Origin: Chloroflexota bacterium
GTDB lineage: Bacteria; Chloroflexota; UBA11872; VXOZ01
DNA: 64,000 nucleotides
Assembly (NCBI GenBank): GCA_964291655.2
Contig: OZ219802.1
Coordinates: forward strand, 2,176,001-2,240,000
Direction of reading: 5' to 3'
Shown: positions 1 to 10,072 of the stretch, piece by piece
How the letters are laid out: each line of letters starts with the position of its first letter
Position numbering within the stretch: the first letter of the stretch is position 1
The notes under the pieces: generated by a model
What the model was told of the DNA's origin: nothing
The model's database searches: none
The model's input: only the letters and a program-made list of their open reading frames with translations
Translations under genes and position numbers: made by a program

Positions 1-2
1 TT

Positions 3-1049
3 ACGGAACGTGGCGAGATCTCTATGAGCTATCAGGAGAGGGATGTTAGACTCGATCTCTCCTCAAGCGGGCGTGGATTACAGCAGACAATGCTTATATT
101 GGCATATTTGTACGCCAATCCAGGAGCGGTATTGATGCTAGACGAGCCCGACGCCCACCTTGAGATTCTACGCCAGCGCCAGATCTATCAGATCATTACA
201 TCTGCTGCCACAGAAAGTGGTAGCCAGATAATTGCTGCAAGCCACTCCGAGGTGTTGTTAGACGAAGCTGCCGGGAAAGACATGGTAGTCGCCTTCATTA
301 GAGAACCGATTCGTATTGACGACCAGGGTAGCCAACTCCTGAAGTCATTGAGAGACATTGGCTTCGAGCACTACTATCAGGCAGAGCAAACCGGATGGGT
401 GCTCTACTTGGAGGGTTCGACAGACCTATCCGTATTGCAGGCCTTCGCTCGCCGTCTCAAACACAGCGAAGCAGCCCGTGCACTTGCACGTCCTTACGTT
501 CACTACGTTGGAAACAACGTCGCAGCAATGCGTCATCACTATTACGGGCTAAAGGAGGCAATTCCAGATCTAAAGGCCGTGGCGCTATTTGACCGTATCG
601 AATCTGGAAAGCCTGAAACAGATGAAATTACATGCTTATCTTGGCGTCGTCGCGAGATCGAGAACTACCTTTGTTCCCGAGCAACCCTAGTTGCCTATGC
701 ACGAAGTGCGGCAGAAGCACAAGCACTTGGGCCATTGTTTGCACAAGCTGAGATTCCGCGACATGTTGAGGCGATGCTTGCGGCGATGTCAAGAATTGAA
801 GAAGCTTTACGAACACTTGGAAAGGGATCGCCGTGGGAAGCTGATACTAAAGTAAGTGACGACTTCTTAACCCCAGTGTTTGAGGCCTACTTTGAGCAAT
901 TGGGCCTCCCCAACCTCATGCGCAAGAAGAGTTTCTATGAATTGGCCGAACAAGTGCCGCAGGAAGAAATAGATCCAGAGATTAGCGAAAAGCTAGACGC
1001 GATTGCGAGCGTGGCGAGCAGCGTGGGAACTGAAAATAGCGATTTCTAA
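3..1049 (+). CDS. OLD-family ATP-dependent nuclease (ABC ATPase + TOPRIM), 5'-truncated by window edge
   Basis: ABC signature LSSSGRG, Walker B LMLDEPDAH, H-loop ASHS, then TOPRIM-like YLEGSTD...ALFDR...RREIENYL; frame is open to the window start. Confidence 0.75.
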   Translation, partial: TERGEISMSYQERDVRLDLSSSGRGLQQTMLILAYLYANPGAVLMLDEPDAHLEILRQRQIYQIITSAATESGSQIIAASHSEVLLDEAAGKDMVVAFIREPIRIDDQGSQLLKSLRDIGFEHYYQAEQTGWVLYLEGSTDLSVLQAFARRLKHSEAARALARPYVHYVGNNVAAMRHHYYGLKEAIPDLKAVALFDRIESGKPETDEITCLSWRRREIENYLCSRATLVAYARSAAEAQALGPLFAQAEIPRHVEAMLAAMSRIEEALRTLGKGSPWEADTKVSDDFLTPVFEAYFEQLGLPNLMRKKSFYELAEQVPQEEIDPEISEKLDAIASVASSVGTENSDF

Positions 1050-1212
1050 GTATTCTCAGTAGCGACTGAAGTCTACCTAACTCAGACAAGCAATCTTGCT
1101 TGAGTGCATTCACGCACGATATTGAGTCTAGAGACTTTGCAATAAACCGGGCTATCCGACAGCGATCGGTCAGTTGTACCTAGAATAATCCTGTGAGCGC
1201 CACTCAAGCGGA

Positions 1213-2181
1213 CTAGTAGCACGGATTATCTTCCTGCCGTCCCAGCCAGAACACGTTTTCACCTTCATCTACAGACTGCATTACCCGTGTGTACATGATT
1301 GTGCCGTGCCGTGGCGCGGTGACCTTGCCGCACACGTTGCCCCAGAGATCGCGCACGCGGGCGAGCGTTTCGCCACTTGCGACTTCCTGACCGGGTTCGA
1401 CGAGGACTTCCAGCAGGCCGCTGCACGGGGCGGTCAAATGCTCTTGCGTCCACACCTTGGGCGGCAGCGCGACCTCCAGCGGCGGCTCGAGCATACCGAG
1501 ATGCCGCAAGCAGCGGATGACACCCGCCTTGTAAAGATCGATTTGCTCTCGTGTGGCCGTGCCGCGGCCTCCCACCTCGCAGCCCACCGCGGGGATGCCT
1601 TGTTGATTGGCCCAGGTGGAGAGCGTCCCCGGCGACCAGCGCATCATCCAGTCGTATGCCAGCCCAAAGGTAGCGGCTGCCAGCGCAGAGCGGCGGGCAC
1701 AGTCGTCGTGAGCCTCACGAAAGCCGCTCAGCGGCACCAGATCGCCTTCGCGACCCGCGCTGTGTAGGTCGATTACCATGTCAGCGTCACCGACGACCGA
1801 CGTGACGAGGCTGTGGGCAATGCGCTCTGTTGCCGAGCCGCCACTTTTGCCGGGGAAGATGCGGTTCAGGTCGAGATCATCTTCCGGCGCTCTGCGGAGA
1901 CTGGCGGCAAAGGCGAGCGGATTGGCGCTCGGCGCCAGCACGACCGTGCCGCGCAACGCGCTAGGCGCAAGCTCTTGCGCCAGTTCGACCAAGGCGTGCG
2001 GTCCCACCAACTCGTCGCCATGCACTCCCGCGACGACTACGACTCTTGGCCTTGGCGTATGGCCGAAGATTCGCGTCAGGGGAATCTTCACGCTTGAACC
2101 GTCGGTTTGTAGAAAGCCGACAGTTGCCTGGTGCACGCTCGCCGGCACGTATCTGTCAATGTCACTAGAAGTGGTATTCAT
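1213..2181 (-). CDS. Succinylglutamate desuccinylase/aspartoacylase (M14, AstE/AspA-like) protein
   Basis: GVHGDE, DLNRIFPG and IDLHS zinc motifs; C-terminal biotinyl-like hybrid domain. Confidence 0.9.
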   Translation of the reverse strand: MNTTSSDIDRYVPASVHQATVGFLQTDGSSVKIPLTRIFGHTPRPRVVVVAGVHGDELVGPHALVELAQELAPSALRGTVVLAPSANPLAFAASLRRAPEDDLDLNRIFPGKSGGSATERIAHSLVTSVVGDADMVIDLHSAGREGDLVPLSGFREAHDDCARRSALAAATFGLAYDWMMRWSPGTLSTWANQQGIPAVGCEVGGRGTATREQIDLYKAGVIRCLRHLGMLEPPLEVALPPKVWTQEHLTAPCSGLLEVLVEPGQEVASGETLARVRDLWGNVCGKVTAPRHGTIMYTRVMQSVDEGENVFWLGRQEDNPCY

Positions 2182-2297
2182 TCTCGCCGTGAATTACACT
2201 CAATCCAATGAACGTTGCGGATTCCCTTCCTCTGCGATGTACGTTGCCTGGGACAGGGGTGAAGAGACTTCTCCGCACTGCTAATCCCCAAAGCCAA

Positions 2298-2350
2298 CTG
2301 GATTCCGGCCCCGTATCGAGTACAGGGCAGGCTTTTCGCCGGAATGACGG
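2298..2350 (-). repeat. GTCATTCC-type REP hairpin carrying a 24-nt insert (2310-2333)
   Basis: Reverse complement of CCGTCATTCCGGCGAAAGCCGGAATCCAG (uninterrupted copy at 6848-6876) with AGCCTGCCCTGTACTCGATACGGG added in the loop. Confidence 0.8.
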
Positions 2351-2496
2351 ACTTCCTCCCGGCCTTAGATACCTACCGGATCTATCAAGGTAGCCAAGTT
2401 TTCGACCACAGCAGAGGAATTCGGGCAGTGTGACAACCTCATAGGTTTGTCAACGCATCGAAGTTCTGTTGCTGACTTGTCTTGCAGGCATCCGCT

Positions 2497-3819
2497 CTAT
2501 CCCTTCTCTACGCCGCACCAGCCGGCAAGCTGTAGGGCGCAGATCTCAATTGCGCGGTAGAAGTCGGCGAGCGACACGTACTCATCCGGGCTGTGCGCCT
2601 GGGCAATGCCGCCGGGGCCGAAGAGGCAGCCGGGCAACTCCGCTTGGGCATACCAGGCAAGGTCGCTGGCAGCGGAAAACCCCTTGATGTCAGGCTGCAG
2701 GCCGGTCTGCCGGACACTCTGCGCAAGCAATTCGATGAAAGGATGATCGGGGGCGGTCTCGAAGGCCGGAAACGTCACGTCGCGCAGGCCCCACGTGAGC
2801 TTTGGCGGGTGCTCCTTCAGCCACTCGTCGGTCTGGCAGACGGCGTGCACATACGCTTCGAAGTCCGCCTTCACCTGTTCACACGGTTCGTCCGGGTAGT
2901 ACCAGATGTTGTACTCGATGGCGCAGTAATTCGCCATGGTGCCGGGATTGTTCACCACATTGAGTTGACCGTCCTGCCCACCGCCGGGACCGCCAATGAA
3001 AATAGCAGGCAGAATGGAGTTGTACCCGGGCGGGAAGAGCGGGTGCGACTTGCGGTTCACCCACTGTCGTTCCAGGTCTTGGATGGCGGAAACGAGCTTC
3101 ACCCCTTTTTCCACGGCATTGACGCCGGGGCCGCTCTCGCCCGGCGCCAGGTTGCGCCAGCGGCTGCCGGCGTGGGCCTCGCGGCCCTCGATCTCGATGC
3201 GCAGATGCTCCAGTCCCCCCTCGGTGGGGATGATTGCCAAATCGGTGGGCTCGGCGTCGAGCACGGCGTCGGTGGCCGGGAACTTCGCGATGCAGTCCCG
3301 CGTGCCGTTGCCCACCAGCTCCTCGTCGCTCACCACGTGGAACCACACGTCACCCTTCGGACGATAGCCAGCGTCCAGCACGGACTTGGCGGCAAAGAGC
3401 ATGCTCACGAGACCGGCCTTCATGTCGGCAGTGCCGCGCCCATAGAGTCTGCCGTTTTCAAGCTTACCCGCCCAGGGGGCACGGGACCACGCCGACGTAT
3501 CACCGACCGGGACCACGTCTATGTGACCGTTGAAGGTCAGCGATCTGCCGCCGCCGCTGCCGGGCAACCGCGCCGCCAAAGTGGGGTACCCGTGCTGCGT
3601 TTCCCACTCGTGGATCTCACACCCGAGCCCGTGCAAGAAATCCGCTACCAGACTGCGGCACTTGTGCGTCTCGGCGAGGAATGCCGGGGTCACGGGGCTC
3701 AGCACGGCGGTCTCGCACGCGACGAGTTGCCGCAGCAAGTCAGTCGCTTCGTCCTGAGTCGCAGCCGCGTAGTGCGAAATCTTTGCTATGGCTCCGTCCT
3801 GCGGTTCCTCCGATGACAT
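2497..3819 (-). CDS. ArgE/DapE family M20 deacylase
   Basis: NGHIDVVP, GRGTADMK, DEE and AHSPDE motifs. Confidence 0.92.
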   Translation of the reverse strand: MSSEEPQDGAIAKISHYAAATQDEATDLLRQLVACETAVLSPVTPAFLAETHKCRSLVADFLHGLGCEIHEWETQHGYPTLAARLPGSGGGRSLTFNGHIDVVPVGDTSAWSRAPWAGKLENGRLYGRGTADMKAGLVSMLFAAKSVLDAGYRPKGDVWFHVVSDEELVGNGTRDCIAKFPATDAVLDAEPTDLAIIPTEGGLEHLRIEIEGREAHAGSRWRNLAPGESGPGVNAVEKGVKLVSAIQDLERQWVNRKSHPLFPPGYNSILPAIFIGGPGGGQDGQLNVVNNPGTMANYCAIEYNIWYYPDEPCEQVKADFEAYVHAVCQTDEWLKEHPPKLTWGLRDVTFPAFETAPDHPFIELLAQSVRQTGLQPDIKGFSAASDLAWYAQAELPGCLFGPGGIAQAHSPDEYVSLADFYRAIEICALQLAGWCGVEKG

Positions 3820-3902
3820 GGGCGAGACTCCTGGTGTAACTGCGGTTTGGCGAATGTTCCTGCCTTGTGGCTGTGAACGCGGCTTGCAGGGTAGGCCCAG
3901 CG

Positions 3903-4919
3903 TTAGTTCTTTAGTTCGGTAGTCACCTGTTGGCCGTCCGAGACTAGGTGGCTGTACCGAATTGTTGTATCGTCGAGCCGCTCCAGCGTGACCGGTTCGC
4001 TCTCGCCGTCGCGGCTAACCTGTACAGCAACATCCTGCCACTCCCGGGGTACCGTGCAGGTGAACGTCAGGGTGTGCCATTGGATGCGCTCCGGTATGGC
4101 CGGCGCTGCCAGGCGGTAGGTGATGGCGGTGGGCGAGCGTTGCTCGTCTGCGACCGTGGTCTCGCGCGCCATGATGAGGTAGTCCACCACCTCCTCCGGC
4201 ACCGCCAGCCAGACTTCATCGCCGCCGACGCGCGTCACGGCTTCCAAGCGGTTGCCGAGCTCGGCGGGTGTCAGTTCACGGTTGGGGATGACGAGTTCGT
4301 CCTGCACCGCGTGGGTGTAGTCCACAATCCACCCGCCCGTTTCGCGGGCGCGATAGACGAGCCGGTAGGGATCGTAACTCCGGTTGTAGTCATCCAGCTT
4401 GTGATAGACCACCGGACGGCAGAGTTGCATGAGGTCCGTATCGGGATAGTTGAGCTGGTCGCGCACGCCAAACATGCTTAGATATCCGGCCTCATCGGCC
4501 AGCGGCCACGCATACTGCAGGCAGTGATCGTTGCCGGGCGCGATGAATGTGGTAACCGGCGTGCCCAGCCGCTCCTCCAGCAGCTTCGCGGAATCCACCA
4601 CCTCGATCCGCGCGTTCTCCGGCACGGCCATGCTGCCGGGCAGCTTGTTGTGGGTCATGGAGTGGGAGGACACCGACCAGCCATACCGCTGCGCCAGCTT
4701 GCACTCAGCCACCGAAACGTGCGTGTAGGTGGCGTCGTAGCCGCTGTTGGGTACGTCGCGGGGCTCGCCCATCTGCCCCACGACCACCGTCAGGTGCCCC
4801 GGCGCGCCAAATTGCTCGTGGATCGCGAGCCCGTTGTCCACGGTCGAGGTCACCACTTCGTCGTAGGTAGTGGAGTAGACCCAGCGTTTACCGAACTTCC
4901 AGCGTGTGATGTTGACCAT
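3903..4919 (-). CDS. Polysaccharide deacetylase (CE4/NodB-like) family protein
   Basis: STTYDE, SSHSMTH and FIAPG motifs. Confidence 0.75.
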   Translation of the reverse strand: MVNITRWKFGKRWVYSTTYDEVVTSTVDNGLAIHEQFGAPGHLTVVVGQMGEPRDVPNSGYDATYTHVSVAECKLAQRYGWSVSSHSMTHNKLPGSMAVPENARIEVVDSAKLLEERLGTPVTTFIAPGNDHCLQYAWPLADEAGYLSMFGVRDQLNYPDTDLMQLCRPVVYHKLDDYNRSYDPYRLVYRARETGGWIVDYTHAVQDELVIPNRELTPAELGNRLEAVTRVGGDEVWLAVPEEVVDYLIMARETTVADEQRSPTAITYRLAAPAIPERIQWHTLTFTCTVPREWQDVAVQVSRDGESEPVTLERLDDTTIRYSHLVSDGQQVTTELKN

Positions 4920-4983
4920 ATGTGACTTCTCAATTTGCGTAATTCGTACACTTTGCGGCGATACGAATGCTATGTATTCTGGC

Positions 4984-5011
4984 GTAGGGGCACAAAATAT
5001 CGTGCCCCTAC
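4984..5011. repeat. GTAG-type REP palindrome
   Basis: GTAGGGGCAC-N8-GTGCCCCTAC; also at 34931 and 46743. Confidence 0.85.
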
Positions 5012-5064
5012 GCCGCTCAGTTTGCTTGCACGATGCGTCGCTAAAGGAGCGGTGCGATTGTCAG

Positions 5065-6303
5065 CTAGGCCAACGCCTGCTTGGCCGCGTGCAGGTTTGC
5101 CAGCCGCATCAGGCCGTAGTTGTACACGTTTACCCGGTCTATGCCGAGCGCGCGCACCTTTGCAATCTGCCCCGCCACGTCCGCCGACGTAATCACCTGC
5201 GGCGGAATGAGGCGCAGTCCCTCGCGGATGGGCGCCCGACCGGACACGAGCCTCTGCAGATCGTGCACGGCGCGAGCTAGCACGAGGCCGTCAAGCGAGT
5301 ACGCTGCACAGTCAAGCAGTTCGTTTGGGATGTTCTCATCGAGGGCGCGGCCGATGTCCACGCCGTCCAGCGCCTGGATTATGGCGGCCTGCTCCGGCAT
5401 GCCCACACCCATATTGACGATGGGCACAAAATCCGACTTCCCGCCCAGTGCTTGTTTGCACTCCGTCCACAGCGACATGACGCTTTCGATGCGCATGCGC
5501 AGGTAGCCGTCGAGCGCGGGAAACGTCAGCGCGTGGCCGGCGATGTTATCGCCCAGTTGACCGAGCGCCGGTAGTTGGTCGCCTTCCAGGTAGTCGACTA
5601 TGTGGTCCCGTGCCCAGTTGCGCACGGCGTCGCCGTCCACGCCTTCGTTTTGGGCACGGCTCAGGCAGTGCGGGCAGAAGCAGAGACCCAACAGGTATTC
5701 GGTAAACGGGTCCAACTCCACACTCGGAATGCCGTGATGGACGTCGTGCTCAAACGTGCCGAAGTGGAGGAACTCCAGTTCGACCTGCGCAGGCGCGAGG
5801 TTGTCGGCAATGTCACCGACCAGTGCTGAAATATACGCGCGCACGTCGGGATTGCTGGGGCATAAGTAGTGTGGGATGCGGTCGCCCATGGCATTGAGTG
5901 TGTTGATGTCGGGGTAGATCGTGCCGAGCGCACTGTTGTGCAGGGTAACGGTCCAGGCGTGATACGCCAGGCCGTGCCTCTCCACCGCGTCCCGTATGCG
6001 GCGCATGCCGTCGTCTTCCTGCGCCAGCAGCGCCACGATGGGCTTTACGGCACCGTAACGCTTGAGATCGGGTTGAAAGTAGATGGCCGATGAGTTGGCG
6101 ACATAGAGCTTGCTTGCTGGGTTATGGGGCCGCAGATGCTTGACGTTGTGGTAGCTATGGCTCAGGGAAACCGCCTGCATACCGCCTTCATTAGCGATGC
6201 GCGCCAAGGCCGTGTCAATCCCTGCGTCTAGCACGTCCCAGGGATACGTCCAGATTACGCCGTACATAACTTTATCGGCCCTTTCCAGCAGAGTTCTGCT
6301 CAT
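5065..6303 (-). CDS. Uncharacterised glycoside-hydrolase-like TIM-barrel protein (alternative start 6267)
   Basis: WTYPWD, AWTVTLHN, LCPSNPDVR, LCFCPHC and NVYNYGL pattern; long ORF. Confidence 0.6.
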   Translation of the reverse strand: MSRTLLERADKVMYGVIWTYPWDVLDAGIDTALARIANEGGMQAVSLSHSYHNVKHLRPHNPASKLYVANSSAIYFQPDLKRYGAVKPIVALLAQEDDGMRRIRDAVERHGLAYHAWTVTLHNSALGTIYPDINTLNAMGDRIPHYLCPSNPDVRAYISALVGDIADNLAPAQVELEFLHFGTFEHDVHHGIPSVELDPFTEYLLGLCFCPHCLSRAQNEGVDGDAVRNWARDHIVDYLEGDQLPALGQLGDNIAGHALTFPALDGYLRMRIESVMSLWTECKQALGGKSDFVPIVNMGVGMPEQAAIIQALDGVDIGRALDENIPNELLDCAAYSLDGLVLARAVHDLQRLVSGRAPIREGLRLIPPQVITSADVAGQIAKVRALGIDRVNVYNYGLMRLANLHAAKQALA

Positions 6304-6404
6304 TCGGGCAAGAACTGTTTGCCTCTTTCGGTTCCCTCTCCCCCGGGGAGACCTTTACGTTACTTGGTCTCGAGGGATGGAGACTTCTCCCTCTCCTTGA
6401 GGAG

Positions 6405-6691
6405 TGTACAGACTGGGCTGATAGGTAACAGGTGTTCGGGTTGATAGGTTACACATTGTACTGATTGACACCTTCGGGCGCTTTAGGTTGGGCAGAGAAA
6501 TAGACGTTCCAGGCACCACGACATACTCATGTTCAGTTCGTGAGCTGGTGCCAGGGGAAAAACCGTATCCATAAGGGTATTGAGTTGGTCTAACTTCCAT
6601 GGCATGGACACTGCATACAACGAAAACTCCCATATTCGATGGTGTAACCTATCAACCCGAACATGTGTTACCCATCAACCCGGTCTATACA
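6405..6691 (-). mobile_element. IS481-type MITE, family B (287 bp)
   Basis: TGT...ACA ends matching those of the IS481 at 61722-62986; 6-bp TSD GAGGAG (6399-6404, 6692-6697); identical copy at 63738. Confidence 0.92.
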
Positions 6692-6830
6692 GAGGAGGGG
6701 GCCGGGGTGAGGGGAATCTTTGCCGTTCTATTTTCAGGACATTTACAGTCAATGTGTTCCAAAGTCAAATTTGCCATGAGTCGGCTAGCATCAAGTGCAA
6801 CTTCACCCTCACCCTAGCTCTCTCCCAGAG

Positions 6831-6969
6831 GAGACCTTTGCGTAACTCCGTCATTCCGGCGAAAGCCGGAATCCAGAGCGCTTTTACAACTAAAGACAGC
6901 ATGATGTCAAGTCATTTCACCCCCATCCCAACCTTCCCCCTCAAAGGTGAAGGGTTATGCAAAGGTCTC
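6831..6969. mobile_element. 139-bp GAGACC-ended MITE (ends resemble IS5-family IS1106)
   Basis: IRs GAGACCTTTGCGTAAC / GTTATGCAAAGGTCTC; 5-bp TSD CAGAG equals the REP loop. Confidence 0.85.
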
Positions 6970-7263
6970 CAGAGGGAGAGGGGACTGTCTCGCTTGCTTT
7001 AGACTTACGCAAAGGCCTCCTGGGGGAGAGGGATAGAGCCTGCCCCGTATTCGATACAGCGTATCGACACGAAACGGGGGTGAGGGGGAGCACCTCAAGT
7101 TGAGCATGCTAAACCACTAACCCGCGCTGCTACCGTAGTAATGATCTACTTGATAGAATTCCTCGTAACGTCGAACGCTTCAGTTGACTATCACTATACT
7201 AGCATCGCGGTGCGCCTTGTAGAATAGGCTGTGCAGCACTCATAACGAGAAAGGAAGCCCCAC

Positions 7264-8102
7264 ATGGGGTCTGGCGCCTCCAATGCCGCTAACCACGTCT
7301 ATTGTGAGGAGATCACCAACGCTCTGCTTGAGGTTGGCGTGTGCCCCGGCGACACGGTGATGTTCCATAGCTCAATGAGCAGCATGGGGTGGGTCGTGGG
7401 CGGCGCGGATACGGTGATCGATGGCTTCGTGGAGGCAGTAGGCCCCAGTGGCACGGTCGTGGTGCCCACCCTCTGCCGCATGCCGGAAGGCGAGCGACAC
7501 CTGACGTTCGACCGCTGGAACATTGCCACGTCACCATCGTGCGTCGGCCGTATCACCGAGGTCTTACGTCACCGGCCGGATGCCGTGCGGAGCGACCATG
7601 GGACGCATTCGGTAGCCGCCATCGGCCCGCGGGCGTGGGAACTCACGGCAAATCACGGCGCCGCGGGCGTACGCCTCGGACCGTGGGGCCGCGCGCCTTT
7701 GCGCGTGAGAGTCCCTGGCAGAGATTCTATGACTGGAATGTAGCGTATTGCTTTCTGGGGGTGAATTTTCACTACAACACGATGGTGCACCTGGTGGAGA
7801 CGATGTTGGTAGACCGCGCCCTGCAACGAGCGGCGCCGGAGCAGCATGAGTCTCTGGCGGCACAGATTACGGACTGGCAGAAACCGGGTGTATGGCCGAG
7901 CATCGGGCTTGAGCCGCGCGAGGCGATCGAGAAGATTCTCTATGAAGAGGGTCTCCTCCGCTACGGCACAATTGGCAAGGCTACCATCCGCTGTACCCGT
8001 GCCCGGCCCATGGTCGATCGCTGGCTGGTTCTGGGAGAGGCCGACCCGCCGCAATGGTGTGCGGATTCGTTTGTCGCGTGGCTCGGGCAGATTGACCGGT
8101 AG
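7264..8102 (+). pseudogene. AAC(3)-family N-acetyltransferase, frameshifted near 7690
   Basis: MFHSSMSSMGWVVGG and RSDHGTHSVAAIG in one frame; ESPW...FLGV...NTMVHLVE continues in another frame. Confidence 0.8.
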
Positions 8103-8116
8103 TAAGGAGTCATTCT

Positions 8117-8146
8117 TGTAAGTAATGACTTATTCGTTGACAGAAT
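8117..8146. mobile_element. Solo end of TGTAAG-type MITE
   Basis: TGTAAGTAATGACTTATTCGTTGACAGAAT next to GTCATTCT, similar to the ends at 20322 and 25323. Confidence 0.5.
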
Positions 8147-8452
8147 GCTTATCAACTAGGTAGAGCTAAACCGTATTGTCAATCCGAGCGCAGCGTCGAA
8201 CAGGATTCGCGGATTCTAGAACCGCGCGTCCTCGAATCCGCCAAACAAGAGAAACTAGCCCTCGCGCGCAGTTCATTTCGATTGCGCACGAGTGGATGCA
8301 GGCTGCAAACCTGCGCTACTCCTCGTCCGTCAGATCACTGGTATACCTCCGCTCACTGTGCGAGAATGGTATGCTCTTGCCTGGTTGGTGAGTTTGGCAG
8401 ACATTTCCCATCTTTCCGCGCAGGTATTTGTCAATTTAGGCATAAGGACGCT

Positions 8453-9823
8453 ATGACGACTCACGGCGGTCGAAGCTCTGGGCTGACTGGGGCTTTGGAA
8501 GAATTGCAGAACGACTTGGGAGACCTAGACCAACTCTTCATCCTCGTGGATGAAGTCGCTCGCAGGTCCTTGCGGCGCTTGGAGGAGGACGGAGAGGATC
8601 TGGCGCGGTTGGCGGCCATCGCTCCAGGTTGGCAAAAGGAGGTGGACGTTTTCAGGACCTTGCGATTGGATGGTTCCGAGAGTTTTCATTCCGATTTCCT
8701 CGCCTGGCTGTTGCGCCCTGGAGACAATCACGGCCTCGACGATTATTTTCTCAGGGAGTTTCTTGTCGAAATCGGTGCCGCTCGCGCAGTTCGCGCCAGT
8801 GCCCGGATGGGCACGACGGTGCGCCGGGAGCACTACCTCGAACTTGACGGGGGAAACGGCCGGTTGGACATCTGCATTCGCAACGAGCAGGCTAAATTCC
8901 TGTGCGCGGTGGAAAACAAAGTATGGGCATCGGAGGGCGAGAATCAACTGGCCTTCTATCGGAAGGCGCTCAAGGCGCTTTACCCAGACTACACGCTGCG
9001 CCTGGTGTTTCTCACACCGAGGGGGGATCGCCCCGAAGACGAAACGGAATGGGACCATTGGACTACGCTTGACTATTCGCGCATTTCGCAGATTCTAGAT
9101 CGAACCATCGACGAGAAGGGCACCGTGCTTCACCAGGACGTTGCCGCCACGCTGCGTCAGTACAGGATCACCTTAAGGAGAAATATCGTGCCTGATGTCA
9201 GCGACGACATTCACGCTCTTGCCCGTAAGATCTACCGGAAGCATAAGTGGGCCATCGATCTAATAATCGAACACCGGGACCAGTACGAGCCCAACTACGT
9301 GACCGAGGGATTCCGCATGGTGCGAGAAGCAGTCCGCAATCGCGACGTATGGAAGGAACGCCAGTGCAATCATCCGTATGCCCGGTTTATCTCTGCCGAA
9401 TGGGACTCGTACGAGGTGCTCAAAATTGACTCTTTTCCTAGCAGCCTATTGTTGTTTGACATTCATGTCACAGACCACGGGGCAAAACTGTCCCTGCAGT
9501 TTGCCAAGAGAGGTCCCGAGGACCTAAAGAGAACTCTATTCAATCGTGTCTCGGCAGCCCCCGGGATTCTCAAAGGCCCTTTGCCGGAATACGCCGAAGG
9601 CAACTACAACGGGCTGCCCCTTGGAGTGAGCATACTGAGGAGTTCGGACTACGAGTACTGGTGGGACGAGGAGAGGATTCGCCAGACTATTAAGAATAGA
9701 CTGGAGGGTTTCGCCCAAGGACAGTTCCCGGAGATCAACAGCATCGTCATTGATTGCTTGGAGGAGTACCGGAGCGGAATGGCTCAGCCAGAGGTTGGAG
9801 AAGAAGCGGACCCCTCTGCTTGA
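8453..9823 (+). CDS. PD-(D/E)XK nuclease family protein (PDDEXK_4-like)
   Basis: ESFHSDFLAWLL, RRE...GRLDI...AVENKV...ENQLAFY, VFLTP; start placed at ATG 8453 after AAGGA. Confidence 0.85.
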   Translation: MTTHGGRSSGLTGALEELQNDLGDLDQLFILVDEVARRSLRRLEEDGEDLARLAAIAPGWQKEVDVFRTLRLDGSESFHSDFLAWLLRPGDNHGLDDYFLREFLVEIGAARAVRASARMGTTVRREHYLELDGGNGRLDICIRNEQAKFLCAVENKVWASEGENQLAFYRKALKALYPDYTLRLVFLTPRGDRPEDETEWDHWTTLDYSRISQILDRTIDEKGTVLHQDVAATLRQYRITLRRNIVPDVSDDIHALARKIYRKHKWAIDLIIEHRDQYEPNYVTEGFRMVREAVRNRDVWKERQCNHPYARFISAEWDSYEVLKIDSFPSSLLLFDIHVTDHGAKLSLQFAKRGPEDLKRTLFNRVSAAPGILKGPLPEYAEGNYNGLPLGVSILRSSDYEYWWDEERIRQTIKNRLEGFAQGQFPEINSIVIDCLEEYRSGMAQPEVGEEADPSA

Positions 9824-9977
9824 AGTCAAACAAACGACGCGCACTGCCGACTCAGCAGTGGTCGCAGCCACATGGTTCTCACCAAGCTGGACACTTCGCC
9901 CGTGAATTGCTACAGTTACTTGCCGATCTTTACAAATTTCGACCTGAAGGTTTCCTCAGTTGCGCGATGACATCGAC

Positions 9978-10014
9978 AAAGAGGCGGGAGGTAAAGCCTC
10001 CCGCCTCTTTCTTT
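9978..10014. terminator. Bidirectional rho-independent terminator
   Basis: AAAGAGGCGGGAGG-TAAAG-CCTCCCGCCTCTTTCTTT between convergent genes. Confidence 0.85.
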
Positions 10015-10072
10015 ATCATCTTCAGAACGACCGCTCATTCTCCTGCGTTGGGAACGAACAGTCTCGCCACCG

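Larger units (their letters stand above)
6348..7019. mobile_element. GAGACC-ended MITE carrying a REP doublet, with two nested insertions
   Basis: IRs GAGACCTTTACGT / ACGCAAAGGCCTC; near-TSD CCGGG/CTGGG; sits in the loop of TCCCTCTCCC...GGGAGAGGGA. Confidence 0.7.

Noticed and set aside
6355-6633. 92-aa ORF repeated at 63700-63966
   Set aside because: The identity reflects two copies of the same MITE; the frame is not preserved in the family A MITE and it runs out through the IR.
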